Assembly: GCA_963674695.2 (NCBI GenBank)
Contig: CAXXGI010000001.1
Coordinates: forward strand, 960,001 to 1,024,000
Source of the DNA: a bacterium
Lineage (GTDB): Bacteria > UBA10199 > 2-02-FULL-44-16 > JAAZCA01
Direction: 5' to 3'
DNA length: 64,000 nt
In this document: positions 27,901-36,982 of the stretch, piece after piece
Layout of the letters: each line of letters starts with the position of its first letter
Position numbering within the stretch: position 1 is the first letter of the stretch
The notes under the pieces: generated by a model
Databases searched by the model: none
What the model was told of the DNA's origin: nothing
The model's input: the letters and a program-made list of their open reading frames with translations, nothing else
Position numbers and translations under genes: made by a program

Positions 27901-29144
27901 CGTTCATCGACGCCCTGCCGAAAGAGAGGCAACGATCGACCGCGCCCACGCGCAGGGCGATCCGTTATACCAAACCGCCGCAGCGCGTCTATCTCCCCTT
28001 CTTTTCCGATCACGGGTATGCGTTTGCGGCGGCCATCAAAACCATGGGCCTCGAACCGATACTCACCGATCGTCCGAGCCGAGACGGGGCACGCAAGGGC
28101 ATGCCGTTTGCAACAACGGGCGAGTGTCATCCCTACGTCCTGATGCTCGGCGATTACCTCAAGGCTGCTGAAGAGATGTCCGAGGGAGAAGACGCCTGCT
28201 ACTTTATGCCGGAAGCGGGCGCCTGTCGTGTGGGACAGTTCGGTGCACAGATGCGGCTTGCTGCCGAGGATGCGGGCGTGACGCTTCCCATTTTCACGCG
28301 CATCCTCGATATCGTTCCGGCAGGCTCCCGTCGCAACGCCGTGAAGGCGCTGTCCACCTACTGGGAGATGATGCGCGGAATCGATTTCTATACACAGCTC
28401 TACTATGAAACACGCGCCCAGGAGACCACCCCGGGGACAGCTGATCGCGCTCACGACGAGGGACTGAAACTCCTCTGGGAATCGATCATGCATGATTCCG
28501 CGCAGGAGGGGCTGATCCTCGCACGCGACCGAATGTGCGCTGTCCCGGTCGACAAGACACAGCAACGCTTCAAGATCGCGGTCACCGGCGACTACTACAC
28601 GCGCGTCTGCGACTTTGCCAATGGAGAGGCTTTCCGCGACATCGAACGCATGGGCGGCATGGTCATGATTCCGCCGACGATGACGGAATTCATCAAATAC
28701 GATTCCCGCTGGAAGATCCCTGCGGCCATCCACCACCGCAAAGCGACCGACCTGGTGCAAGCACTCGCGATGCGTGGCATCGTGGACAACCGTGAAGAAC
28801 GAATGCACAAGCTCTTTGACGAACACCTCAGTTACAATGTGCCGCTGAACTATGATCGCCACATGAAGCTGATCGAGCCCTACATGGAGCGAAAGTATCC
28901 CTCGGCACTCATCGGCGCCGTGGCGGTGATCCTCGAACAGATTGAAGCGGGAGCGAGCGGGATCGTTTCGCTCATCACCTTTCACTGCACCTATGGGCTC
29001 GTCATCGGCGCGGTGCTCGCCGAGATCAAGAAGCGCCATCCCCGCATCCCGATCCTCACGCTCATCTTCGAGGGATTGGAGGCCACGCACAACCGCACCC
29101 GCCTGGAAGCCTTCATGGAGCGGGTGAAGAGCCGTAAACGGTGA
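24990..29144 (+). CDS. Multidomain acyl-CoA dehydratase activase (two BadF/BcrAD ATPase domains plus DUF2229/HgdC-related C-terminal domains)
   Basis: Two copies of LGIDIGS...TGSGR...NEITAQ...EIGGQD...MNxxCAAGTGAFL; CEECPNRC; KIGIPRAL; ETCLPMK; SFGCGPD; LEVDEH; TRLEAF. Confidence 0.92.
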   Translation: MHTLGIDIGSISLKLALIDEKDEVCFSRWQRVAGTPIPVLRALLSELIAEYPDTVIDAIGVTGSGRELITAPLGAHSVNEITAQARACALITPEARTIIEIGGQDSKLIIFENDESRDIREFRMNELCAAGTGAFLDQQAARLGLSIERFAQQAADATDPVPIAGRCAVFAKTDMTHHQQEGRSIPDIVAGLNEALVRSYLAGLVRGAVLPRPIAFQGGVASNAGLVSAFQRLLGITSEEFIVPATHRVMGAIGAAHLASEQTIDRKTTPENILLVVEGIEEGEPTESIGRPMEPLVPLAPQPIAPDFSPLDLDGAYLGIDIGSVSVKFVVIDRTGVRHSDYRFSDGRPFETLRPMLTELAERRAGHPFSGVGITGSGREFIGRLIGADVIQNEITAQAAAAAFLLPNVDTVVEIGGQDAKFMRLTGDRAAHFAMNRVCAAGTGAFLQEQAARLGIDLKQDFAREAFASSAPATLGERCTVFMESDLVSHQQRGANKRDLIAGLALSVVQNYLDKVVSGHPCGERILFLGGVAENRAVAAALERMIGKTVTTSTLGTISGAIGAALAAFHARRAEAFSESRFRFDALAVEIETFTCEECPNRCRIMRIRGGRDETMGGRCGRWDASAAPKTTPGFNGVIERWKVMEQNPSHVTRDRQTPAVPSTVHRSRFTKIGIPRALLAFDLLPAWRSFFEALGCEIVLSPPTDAKLLADGMRSLVVETCLPMKAFCAHVDWLDRNGDIDFLFAPSIIITERDRHGRHTTHCPYIFSLPQFAQSACHVPMLKPAINWMHHPRDEVLAMEDVARTLGRSRQEGRCAWEKACAVQEETRAQLHRIGTEQLAALCAKTTDRAFLLIGKDYTLADGALSSDIATLIADRGEVVLTQDMCIDDSGQYSAAYESMYWHHGKEILAAAELCARTPNLHPVIITSFGCGPDSFTLRFVRDILKNTPHLVLEVDEHSSAVGMATRFEAFIDALPKERQRSTAPTRRAIRYTKPPQRVYLPFFSDHGYAFAAAIKTMGLEPILTDRPSRDGARKGMPFATTGECHPYVLMLGDYLKAAEEMSEGEDACYFMPEAGACRVGQFGAQMRLAAEDAGVTLPIFTRILDIVPAGSRRNAVKALSTYWEMMRGIDFYTQLYYETRAQETTPGTADRAHDEGLKLLWESIMHDSAQEGLILARDRMCAVPVDKTQQRFKIAVTGDYYTRVCDFANGEAFRDIERMGGMVMIPPTMTEFIKYDSRWKIPAAIHHRKATDLVQALAMRGIVDNREERMHKLFDEHLSYNVPLNYDRHMKLIEPYMERKYPSALIGAVAVILEQIEAGASGIVSLITFHCTYGLVIGAVLAEIKKRHPRIPILTLIFEGLEATHNRTRLEAFMERVKSRKR
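26942..27002 (+). repeat. In-frame heptamer array in the activase interdomain linker
   Basis: cgtgacc cgtgatc ... gtccacg gttcacc gttcacg gttcacg. Confidence 0.7.
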
Positions 29145-29244
29145 ACCGTAAACCGTGAACGGCAAGCATCATTGTGTTAGAGTTCACTGTTCACTGTTCA
29201 CTGTTCACTGTTCACTGTTCACTGTTCACTGTTCACTGTTCACG
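29134..29244. repeat. Inverted heptamer arrays (GTGAACC arm containing the stop; GTTCACT x8 + GTTCACG ending in the RBS)
   Basis: Directly visible; last unit runs into GGAGG at 29244. Confidence 0.95.
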
Positions 29245-29252
29245 GAGGCATT

Positions 29253-29663
29253 ATGTTCATCCGCTTTCTCCTCTTCGGTATGCTGGGCATCTTCGCCACG
29301 CTCCTCTTCACGGCGGTGGCGGAATCGGTGGCCAAACGAAAATGGGATTTCACGGGACACGCCTCACTCATCCTCTTTCCGCTCTATGGCCTCATCGCCA
29401 TTCTCTATCCGCTCATCGCTTTGCGCCTCGGCGGCGTCCCCTGGTATGTGCGCGGCATCATCTATATGCTCGCCTTCTTCCTCGTTCAGCTCGTTGTCGG
29501 ATGGGCGCTCACGCGCTGGCGGATCTGCCCCTGGAGCTATGCCAAGGGCTGGTCGCTGGCGGGGCTCGTGCGCCTGACCGACGCGCCGATCTGGTTCGTC
29601 GCGGGCCTCATCGTCGAATGGATCTATCCGTTCGTGCAGGGGACTGCCTACAGCCTCTCGTGA
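29253..29663 (+). CDS. Small 4-TM membrane protein (putative ABC permease CmpB/TMEM229-like)
   Basis: GHASLILFPLYGL, RGIIYM, CPWSY, GLVRL..APIWF; GGAGG SD. Confidence 0.7.
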   Translation: MFIRFLLFGMLGIFATLLFTAVAESVAKRKWDFTGHASLILFPLYGLIAILYPLIALRLGGVPWYVRGIIYMLAFFLVQLVVGWALTRWRICPWSYAKGWSLAGLVRLTDAPIWFVAGLIVEWIYPFVQGTAYSLS

Positions 29664-29712
29664 GTGACCGTTCGAACTGGCGAGTTTGCGTGTGTCCCTT
29701 CTAAATGAACGC

Positions 29713-29739
29713 GCAACTTCTCACCCCCCGCCGCGATAA
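29713..29739 (+). promoter_or_regulatory. Sigma28-like promoter variant
   Basis: GCAACTTC-N11-CGCGATAA. Confidence 0.55.
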
Positions 29740-29747
29740 TGGGGGTG

Positions 29748-31235
29748 ATGACAAAGATTTCCGACACTCCTGTTCCCCATCGATCGATCGTTCGACCTGA
29801 CGATGAAAGCCGAACGACAGATGGGCGCGAACCCTTGATCGAGGCGTTCCTGCGCGAAGTCACCTATGCGCTCAATGCGTCGCCCGGCGAGGAGCCGGCC
29901 GATCTGGAATGGATCCGTACCACCCTCATGGAGGCAGCTGATCCCGCCGGAGCATTGCTGCCAATTCTCGTCAAGCTGGCCCATAAGTATATAGTGCCGA
30001 CGCCGATGATCGAGGATTTGGAACGTCGGTGGATGACGAAATTCGCCGCAACGACGAAGAACACCGCCCCGACGGAGGAGACGCCGAAGAAGGAGCGCAA
30101 TCGGCAGACCTTCTTCGAACTCAAGCTCACGAACACATCTTCACCGCGCATCATGATCGGCGCCGCCGCACAGGCCGATGCAGAGGATACGCCCCTGTCG
30201 GCCTATCGTCGCACGGAAATCGACACCCTCCTCGCCCTCTTGCGCGGAAGCTCGGCTTCGCAGCGCATGGCGATCGTGGCGAGTCCTTCGGGCTCCTCCC
30301 TGCGCAAGCGCTTCATCGACAGCATCCGCCTGGCCCATGTCGATCGCCTTTCCGTTTCGACCAGCGTCATCGCGCACGCCGACCCCTCTCCGGAAGCACT
30401 CGATCGCATGGAAGAACTCTTCGCTGACCCGAATCACCTGGGAGCGCTCGTTCTGCTCAAGGAGGATGAACGCGCCGTCGATCCGGCACTCGTCTCTTTT
30501 TTACGGCAGATCTTCTTCCAGAACGCCTTGCGCCATTTGATCGTCGTCGTCGAGGGCGGCAGCCAATCCCATGCCGAGCTGACGACACCGCTGGTCCCCT
30601 TCTTTCGCTCTATCGCCGCGCCCGATCGCGATGCCGTCCACGGCATCGGCCTCAATCCGAAACAGATGAATCGGTTGCAGGTCAGTCAGTATTTCTATGG
30701 CACCACGAGGCTCAGTTCCGATGAAGGCCATAGCCGCGATCAGATCGTCGACCTGATCGTCAAACAGGTGCCGCCGCTTCCATCGGTCCTGGAGGAACTC
30801 TCCGCATCGATCCCCTCCGAACGATTTCATGAGGCACTGCGCCGTCAGTCCCGGATGGACGACCTGTGCATCCAGATCCGTGACTGGACGCAGACCATGT
30901 TGAGCAGACAACAACGAGGAAACAACGAAAACGCGCCGATGCCCTATATCATCTCTTCATCCCAGGGCGGCGATGAGTGGTACGCCGATCGTCTCGAACA
31001 GCTCGGACGAACGCATCAGCTCCAGTTTCAACACGAGATCCACCCCTTCGATCCGATCGTCGTGACGCTTGGCGATGAGATGCCGCCGGAGATGATCGAA
31101 GGCACATCGGATGCTTCCGAAACCCCCCTCGATGACCCATCGGATCTGAACGCCACCGCCTCGACCGAGGCGCTCCTGATGGGCGGCCTGTTCACCTATG
31201 CCCCCATCGCCCTAAACCCCGCGGGCGCGTTTTAG
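29748..31235 (+). CDS. Hypothetical protein, paralogue of 31428-33413
   Basis: Shared block LVSFLRQIFF..RHLIVV.E...L.PFFR.I...I.LNPK..NR.Q. Confidence 0.75.
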   Translation: MTKISDTPVPHRSIVRPDDESRTTDGREPLIEAFLREVTYALNASPGEEPADLEWIRTTLMEAADPAGALLPILVKLAHKYIVPTPMIEDLERRWMTKFAATTKNTAPTEETPKKERNRQTFFELKLTNTSSPRIMIGAAAQADAEDTPLSAYRRTEIDTLLALLRGSSASQRMAIVASPSGSSLRKRFIDSIRLAHVDRLSVSTSVIAHADPSPEALDRMEELFADPNHLGALVLLKEDERAVDPALVSFLRQIFFQNALRHLIVVVEGGSQSHAELTTPLVPFFRSIAAPDRDAVHGIGLNPKQMNRLQVSQYFYGTTRLSSDEGHSRDQIVDLIVKQVPPLPSVLEELSASIPSERFHEALRRQSRMDDLCIQIRDWTQTMLSRQQRGNNENAPMPYIISSSQGGDEWYADRLEQLGRTHQLQFQHEIHPFDPIVVTLGDEMPPEMIEGTSDASETPLDDPSDLNATASTEALLMGGLFTYAPIALNPAGAF

Positions 31236-31345
31236 GGCGTTTCCCCACTTGCATTTTCGAGCCACTGACGGCAAATCAGCCCCTGATACGGGTTGGGGGA
31301 CCCTGAAAAGCAAAGGAATTTGCTTACTGTTTCGGTATTTTTCAC

Positions 31346-31372
31346 GCAACCTTTTCGGGCAGCGGACGATAC
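31346..31372 (+). promoter_or_regulatory. Sigma28-like promoter variant
   Basis: GCAACCTT-N11-GACGATAC. Confidence 0.5.
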
Positions 31373-31427
31373 CAACTAGGAGTGGCCGTCACCGCCGGTG
31401 CGGTGGCGCCTTGCACCTGGGAACCCC

Positions 31428-33413
31428 ATGACGAAGATCGACACACACGAACAAACCCTCATCCGCAAATTTCAAGCGGAGGTTCGCTCGACCGTCCTGG
31501 ATGCGACGGGTGAACAGATCGATACGGACCAGCTCTGTCAAGACGTCTGGGACCGTTACGAGAAAAGCCCGCGCTCCGAACTCTACCACGACGTCTTTCG
31601 CACGCTGCGCGAGGGCAATCACGTCCCAGGGAACGTCTGGGGAGGACTCCTCGGCAAGTGGGCACAGATCCTCAACGCGGACGCCATGGCGAGCACTCGC
31701 GCCAAACATGCACAGGAGATGAGGACAACCGGCACCGCGTCAACGCTCAGCACCTCTCCGGCGACGCCATCGCCGGAGACGCCGCTCTCGGCCTTTCGTC
31801 ACGCCATTCAGAAAATCGTTCTGGAATTGACGCACGAAACCCTCGACACCAACGAGGCCTGTTCAGCGATCTGGGGGGAATGGATCGCCGCGCCGTGGGA
31901 GATCACCCATCTCTACAAACTGCGTGCCGACCTCATGACCAGCCGGGTTCCCATCCAGGCCGTCGATGCCCTCATCACCGAATGGCGTCCCCGACTCGAG
32001 GCCTTCGCCCGTGAGGCACAGGGGCGAAGACAGGGCGGCAGCTCAGCGCGCGGGCCGCTGCATCCCGTGGCACCCCGCAAACCCGCCCCTCCTCCTGTCG
32101 CTTCACCATCGCGCGACACACAGGTCGGGCCGCCGCCATCGCGACCGATCGCACCGATCATCTCCGCAGCAAACGGCAATGCGGTCGATCGGTTCAAATC
32201 ATACATCGAATTCGTCAACAAGGACCGAGATGGAAGGATGCGCATCGCGATGCGGCAGACGGCCATGGCCGACGCCCCGAACATCGGCTTCGAGAACTAC
32301 CGCAACGGGAGCATCACCGCGCTGGCAAAGATCCATCGACAGCAGCAACATGCACAGAGCGTCTCCGCAATCGTCCACCACCCCGGAGCCGATTTTGACG
32401 AATCATTTCTGAAACCGCTCCTCTCTGTCTTCACGAAGAGAAACATCCCGGCATTTGTCATCCTCCACGAGGAGATGGTGCCGATGGAACACCTGGAACG
32501 CGTCTATGGAGACACGCAGACACCGTGCGCGCTCTTCGTCCGCATCGACAGCAACGCGGCACCGGATACGGACCTCGTCACCTTTCTGAAAAAGCGCTTC
32601 TTTCGCGCGCGATCGCGGCACCTGATCGTCGTCTCCGAAAGTGCCGGCTATGCCCCTGAAATCGTCGGCGCCAAACGCTTGGCCCCATTTTTTCGCCAGA
32701 TCCTCTCTGGGGTTCGACCGCCGGTCAATGCGATCTGCCTCAATCCGAAGGAGCTCAACCGTCGCCAGATCGGCCAACTCCTCTTTGGCCTCGGCATCTG
32801 GAATCAGCCCACCCAGATGGGAAAAATTCAGCAAATCATCGATGCCATCGATGCACAACTCCCCCTCTTCCCGAGGGATGCCCGTCAACTCAAGGAACGC
32901 ATGATCGGGGTCAAGAGCACCGTCGAGCTGGATGAGGCCATCGGCGCGTTCGGCCGCGAACGCGAAGAGCGCTTCACACAGATGCATGCGAAACAGATGG
33001 ACACGAAAAAGATCAAGGCGTTAGGGACCATCCTCTTCCATCATCAGTCGCCCTGGCTTCGCGAACGCATCAAGAGGACGGGGATCCAAACCGGAAAGAG
33101 ACTGGACGAATTCGAGCGCTTCTCCATCACGATCGACAACCCCGCTTCCAGCCCCAATAACACCGATAACGGCAGTGCATCCCCACGGAGCAACGGGGGC
33201 AACGTCACTTCAAACGGAACGGCAGGACAGTCCGCGCGCGCCGTCACCCCCCTCGTCGTCGAAACAGCGCCGACGACAGCGAACATCGATATCGCTCCCA
33301 GCGACCCGATGGCGCTCGGCGGCAGCGTCTTCGTCGACGACTCGTTCGAGGCCGGAACACTCGAGTGCCCCCCACCCGCACTCGCCGGTGGCATCAATTT
33401 CATCCGACTCTGA
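31428..33413 (+). CDS. Hypothetical protein, paralogue of 29748-31235
   Basis: Shared alpha/beta block LVTFLKKRFF..RHLIVVSE...LAPFFRQI...ICLNPKELNRRQ; apparent duplicated N-terminal helical unit. Confidence 0.75.
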   Translation: MTKIDTHEQTLIRKFQAEVRSTVLDATGEQIDTDQLCQDVWDRYEKSPRSELYHDVFRTLREGNHVPGNVWGGLLGKWAQILNADAMASTRAKHAQEMRTTGTASTLSTSPATPSPETPLSAFRHAIQKIVLELTHETLDTNEACSAIWGEWIAAPWEITHLYKLRADLMTSRVPIQAVDALITEWRPRLEAFAREAQGRRQGGSSARGPLHPVAPRKPAPPPVASPSRDTQVGPPPSRPIAPIISAANGNAVDRFKSYIEFVNKDRDGRMRIAMRQTAMADAPNIGFENYRNGSITALAKIHRQQQHAQSVSAIVHHPGADFDESFLKPLLSVFTKRNIPAFVILHEEMVPMEHLERVYGDTQTPCALFVRIDSNAAPDTDLVTFLKKRFFRARSRHLIVVSESAGYAPEIVGAKRLAPFFRQILSGVRPPVNAICLNPKELNRRQIGQLLFGLGIWNQPTQMGKIQQIIDAIDAQLPLFPRDARQLKERMIGVKSTVELDEAIGAFGREREERFTQMHAKQMDTKKIKALGTILFHHQSPWLRERIKRTGIQTGKRLDEFERFSITIDNPASSPNNTDNGSASPRSNGGNVTSNGTAGQSARAVTPLVVETAPTTANIDIAPSDPMALGGSVFVDDSFEAGTLECPPPALAGGINFIRL

Positions 33414-33447
33414 TCCAACGCAGACTCACCTCTTTATTCCTGATCAA

Positions 33448-33583
33448 CGCTTGCGAGGATCCGTTCAGGGGATCTCTTCTTTCATCGCAATCGAAGCCTT
33501 TGATGCTGCGATGAAAGAAGAAAAAGCCGTCGAGGCGGCGTGTGAGCCGAGACGGCGGTCCCCTGAACGGATCCTCGCAAGCG
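33448..33583. repeat. Structured element: perfect 25-bp terminal inverted repeat enclosing further hairpins
   Basis: CGCTTGCGAGGATCCGTTCAGGGGA at 33448-33472 and its reverse complement at 33559-33583; inner TCTTCTTTCATCGCA/TGCGATGAAAGAAGA. Confidence 0.85.
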
Positions 33584-33613
33584 GTGATGCCTGCAAAATA
33601 CCACAGCAAGGAT

Positions 33614-34351
33614 TCACGGGCGGAAGTGCTGCGCGCCTTTATCGATGGAGATGATGGCACTGGTCGTGTATTCCGGGATGAAGTGGCAGGTCTCGGTAAG
33701 CGCCACACCGATGCGCGCGGCATCGAGGAGGGAGACGATCTGCTTCTGGGCGAGCAGATCCGGAAAAGCGGGATATCCGGGGCTGAAGCGCGCGCCCACA
33801 TCCGATGCGACGCCGAGTTCTTCGCGAATGCGTTCATGCGACCAGAGCGCGCAGGCCTCGGCAGCGACCGCGGCCAGGCCTTTCAGATAGAAGGCGTCGC
33901 TGTAGTTGTTTTTCTTGAAGCAATCGGCCGCGATCTCGGCGACGCGCGATCCGACCGTCGCGATCTGGAAGGTGACAAAGCCGTCGGGAAAGAGATCGGA
34001 CAGACACCGATTGGGGCTTTTGCGCTCACGCGGAAAATCGAAGCGATATTCGCGGCGCGCGTCCTTCACGAGCAGACCGTTGCCAATGCGCTCGCAGGCG
34101 AAGTGTCCATAGACCACCGCGGGCTGCATGACCTGGCGCGCATGGCAGATGCCGAGGATGCGCTCGAAGATGGGCAGGACCTTCTCCGCTTTAAACGCCT
34201 GCCACGCATCCGGCGTCTGGTTCTTCCGAAACTGCCACTGCTGGCAGAAGAGCATCTCGCGATCGATGAGCGGCTCGATCTCGGCGAAGGGGATCTCGCC
34301 TTCAACTTTCGTCCCCAGAAACGACGGTGTTTTCTGTTTATCTTCAATCAT
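33614..34351 (-). CDS. Stand-alone B12-dependent methionine synthase activation domain
   Basis: FDFPRE, FQIATVG, AEACALWSHERIREELG, GARFSPGYPAFPDL, PEYTTSAI. Confidence 0.9.
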   Translation of the reverse strand: MIEDKQKTPSFLGTKVEGEIPFAEIEPLIDREMLFCQQWQFRKNQTPDAWQAFKAEKVLPIFERILGICHARQVMQPAVVYGHFACERIGNGLLVKDARREYRFDFPRERKSPNRCLSDLFPDGFVTFQIATVGSRVAEIAADCFKKNNYSDAFYLKGLAAVAAEACALWSHERIREELGVASDVGARFSPGYPAFPDLLAQKQIVSLLDAARIGVALTETCHFIPEYTTSAIISIDKGAQHFRP

Positions 34352-34366
34352 GATACATCCGAGTGA

Positions 34367-36856
34367 TCAACGACAGATCTCCTCCATCGCGGTGAGCCCG
34401 GAAAACGCATCGGCGCAGTAGTACACCGGCGCGCCGTAGGCGGGGGCAAGCGTCTGTTCCACAAATTTCGGTGTGAGCGCCGCGCCTCCGACGAGCACCG
34501 GAATGGTAAGCCCCGCTGCACGAAACGCTTCCAAATCCTCGCGCATCGCCTCGGTGGAGGAGACGAGCAGACCCGAGAGCCCGATGGCCGTCGCCTTTTC
34601 CTGACGGACCGCTTCGATGACGTTTGAAGCCGGTTGGCGGATGCCGATGTTGACGACGCGAAAACCGTTGTTGGCCAAAATCGCGTCGACGAGATTCTTT
34701 CCGATGTCGTGTACATCGCCGCGCACCGTGGCCAGCACCAGCGTCCCCTTCTGCTGCATCCCCTCGCCCTTCAGGTGCGGGGCGACCAGATCGATCGCGG
34801 CGCGCATGGTCTCGGCGGAGGCGAGAACAAATGGCAACGGCACGCCCCCCTGGCCAAAGCCGGCACCGACCTCCTGCATGGCGGGGAGGAGGATCTCGTT
34901 GATGACGCGATCGGCTTCCACCTCGGCAAGGACCGCGTCGACGCATTCGGACAATCCTTCGCGCCGACCGTCGATGACGGCCTGTCGAAGCGCATCCCTC
35001 GGCGTCATCGCTTCTTTGGATATGGTGGCCGTGCGCCGCCCCAGGTCGCCGCTCGTATCGAGGAGCTTGAGCAGTTCGGTGAGCGGGTCATTCGCGTCAC
35101 GATCGTTATCGATGAGTCGCTCACAGAGGATGCGAGCATCATCGGGGATCTGCGCATACGGGAGAATCTTTGACGGATTGATGATCGCGGCATCCGCGCC
35201 CGCCTCGATCGCGCGGTGGAGAAAGACGCTGGTGAGCAGGCGCCTCCCGCGCGGCGGCAGGCCGAAGGAGACGTTGCTCACGCCGAGCAGCACGCGCACG
35301 CCGGGGTTTTCGCGCTTGATGCGCGCGATCGCCGCTAGGGTTTCACGACCGGCATCGAAGAGCTCCGGATCGCCGGAGGCGAGCGTAAAGATGAGGGCAT
35401 CGATGAGGAGGCTCTCGGGAGTGAGCCCAGCATCTTCCGCTATCGCGACCAAACGATGCGCGATCGCACATTTCTCCTCGACCGATTTTGCCATGCCGTT
35501 CTCATCGATCGTGAGCGCCACGACCGCCGCGCCGAAACGCCGCGCCAGTGCCAAGACCTTGCGTGCCTTCACGCCGCCATCCTCCAGGTTGATCGAGTTG
35601 ATGATGGCCCGCCCCGGACAGCGCGCCAATGCCGCAGCGATTGCATCTGGATTCGTGGAATCGATCACGAGCGGCGCATCCGCGCGCTGCACGACGCGGG
35701 ATGTCAGCTCGGTGATATCGCGCACTTCGTCACGACCGGGTCGGGCGACACAGATATCGAGCGCGTGTGAAGCCGAGGCCACCTCGCGGGCGACGTCGGC
35801 CATGGCGTCATACGCATCCGCTTCCAACAGCTCGCGATAGCGCTTCGACCCGCTGACGTTGGTCTGTTCGCCGACGAGAAAGGGGCGGGGTTCCTGATCG
35901 AGCGTCACCATCCGGTAGAGGGAGGAGACCGCGGAGAGCTTCTGCGGCATCCGACGCGAGACCTCTTTGCCGTGCAGGTGCTGGGCGAGCGCCCGAATGT
36001 GATCCGGCGTCGTCCCACAGCAACCGCCCACCAGGGCGATGCCGTTTTTTTGCGCCAATGCTGCCGTCTTCTCGGCAAAGGCCTCGGGATCGAGCGGATA
36101 GTGCGGCTTGCCGTCGACGTTGGCCGGCATGCCCGCGTTGGGCTGACAGATGATCGCAAAGGGGGAATGGTGCGCAAGTGCAGAAACATGCTCGACCATG
36201 CGCTCCGGTCCGGTCGCACAGTTGAGGCCAAAGGCCGCGGGACCATAGGGCGCGATCGCAGCCAGCGCCGCCAAAATCTCGGTGCCCAAGAGCATCGTGC
36301 CGGAGGTCTCGACCGTGACCGAAACGAAGAAGGGGAGCGCAGTGCCGCTCGCGGCAAAAGCCTCATGCGCGGCGGCGCACGCCGCCTTGATCTGCAGCGG
36401 GTCCTGGCAGGTCTCGATGAGCAGGCCGTCGACGCCCCCTTCGATGAGCGCGGCGATCTGTTCGACATAGGCGCTGCAGAGTTCGTCGAAGGAGACGTGC
36501 CCCAGCGTGGGGAGCTTGGAGCCGGGACCGATATCGCCCACGACGAAGCGATCGCCCCCCACGGATGCGACCGCCCGGCGCGCGACCGCAGCCGCCTCGC
36601 GATTGATCTCGGCCGCGTCCTTGTCCAATCCATGATCGGCGAGCGTCATTCGGTTGGCGCCGAAGCTCCCGGTGAGAATGCAATCGGCACCGGCCTTGAG
36701 ATAGAGGCGATGCACTTCACCCACGATATCCGGATGCGTGCGCACGAGGTTCTCGTTGCACCCGGCCGGCGCGCCGAGGCGTTCGAGCATCGTGCCCATA
36801 GCGCCGTCGAAGATGAGGACGCGTTTGCCCAACATGTCGGTCAGTGATTGATGCAT
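34367..36856 (-). CDS. metH: B12-dependent methionine synthase (Hcy, pterin, cap and cobalamin domains)
   Basis: DGAMGT, GLNCATGP, GGCCGTTPDHI, GVSNVSFG, ATVRGDVHDIGKNLV, SGLL. Confidence 0.95.
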   Translation of the reverse strand: MHQSLTDMLGKRVLIFDGAMGTMLERLGAPAGCNENLVRTHPDIVGEVHRLYLKAGADCILTGSFGANRMTLADHGLDKDAAEINREAAAVARRAVASVGGDRFVVGDIGPGSKLPTLGHVSFDELCSAYVEQIAALIEGGVDGLLIETCQDPLQIKAACAAAHEAFAASGTALPFFVSVTVETSGTMLLGTEILAALAAIAPYGPAAFGLNCATGPERMVEHVSALAHHSPFAIICQPNAGMPANVDGKPHYPLDPEAFAEKTAALAQKNGIALVGGCCGTTPDHIRALAQHLHGKEVSRRMPQKLSAVSSLYRMVTLDQEPRPFLVGEQTNVSGSKRYRELLEADAYDAMADVAREVASASHALDICVARPGRDEVRDITELTSRVVQRADAPLVIDSTNPDAIAAALARCPGRAIINSINLEDGGVKARKVLALARRFGAAVVALTIDENGMAKSVEEKCAIAHRLVAIAEDAGLTPESLLIDALIFTLASGDPELFDAGRETLAAIARIKRENPGVRVLLGVSNVSFGLPPRGRRLLTSVFLHRAIEAGADAAIINPSKILPYAQIPDDARILCERLIDNDRDANDPLTELLKLLDTSGDLGRRTATISKEAMTPRDALRQAVIDGRREGLSECVDAVLAEVEADRVINEILLPAMQEVGAGFGQGGVPLPFVLASAETMRAAIDLVAPHLKGEGMQQKGTLVLATVRGDVHDIGKNLVDAILANNGFRVVNIGIRQPASNVIEAVRQEKATAIGLSGLLVSSTEAMREDLEAFRAAGLTIPVLVGGAALTPKFVEQTLAPAYGAPVYYCADAFSGLTAMEEICR

Positions 36857-36870
36857 CGTGCCTCACAACC

Positions 36871-36945
36871 GCCGCCTCCCGGGGAATTTTCATGTATCTT
36901 CACAGATGAAGCTTGTTCCAGACACATGAATATTCCCCTCGCGGC
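36871..36945 (-). repeat. Hairpin family element, copy 2, in the metH leader
   Basis: Minus strand GCCGCGAGGGGAATATTCATGTGTCT..AGCTTCATC..AGATACATGAAAATTCCCCGGGAGGCGGC. Confidence 0.7.
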
Positions 36946-36982
36946 AGCTCTTTGGGATGTCGTTCCTGCGGGTGGAAACGCG

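Noticed and set aside
36857-36982. SAM-I or cobalamin riboswitch upstream of metH
   Set aside because: Lacks the recognisable core motifs; better explained as a member of the three-copy hairpin family
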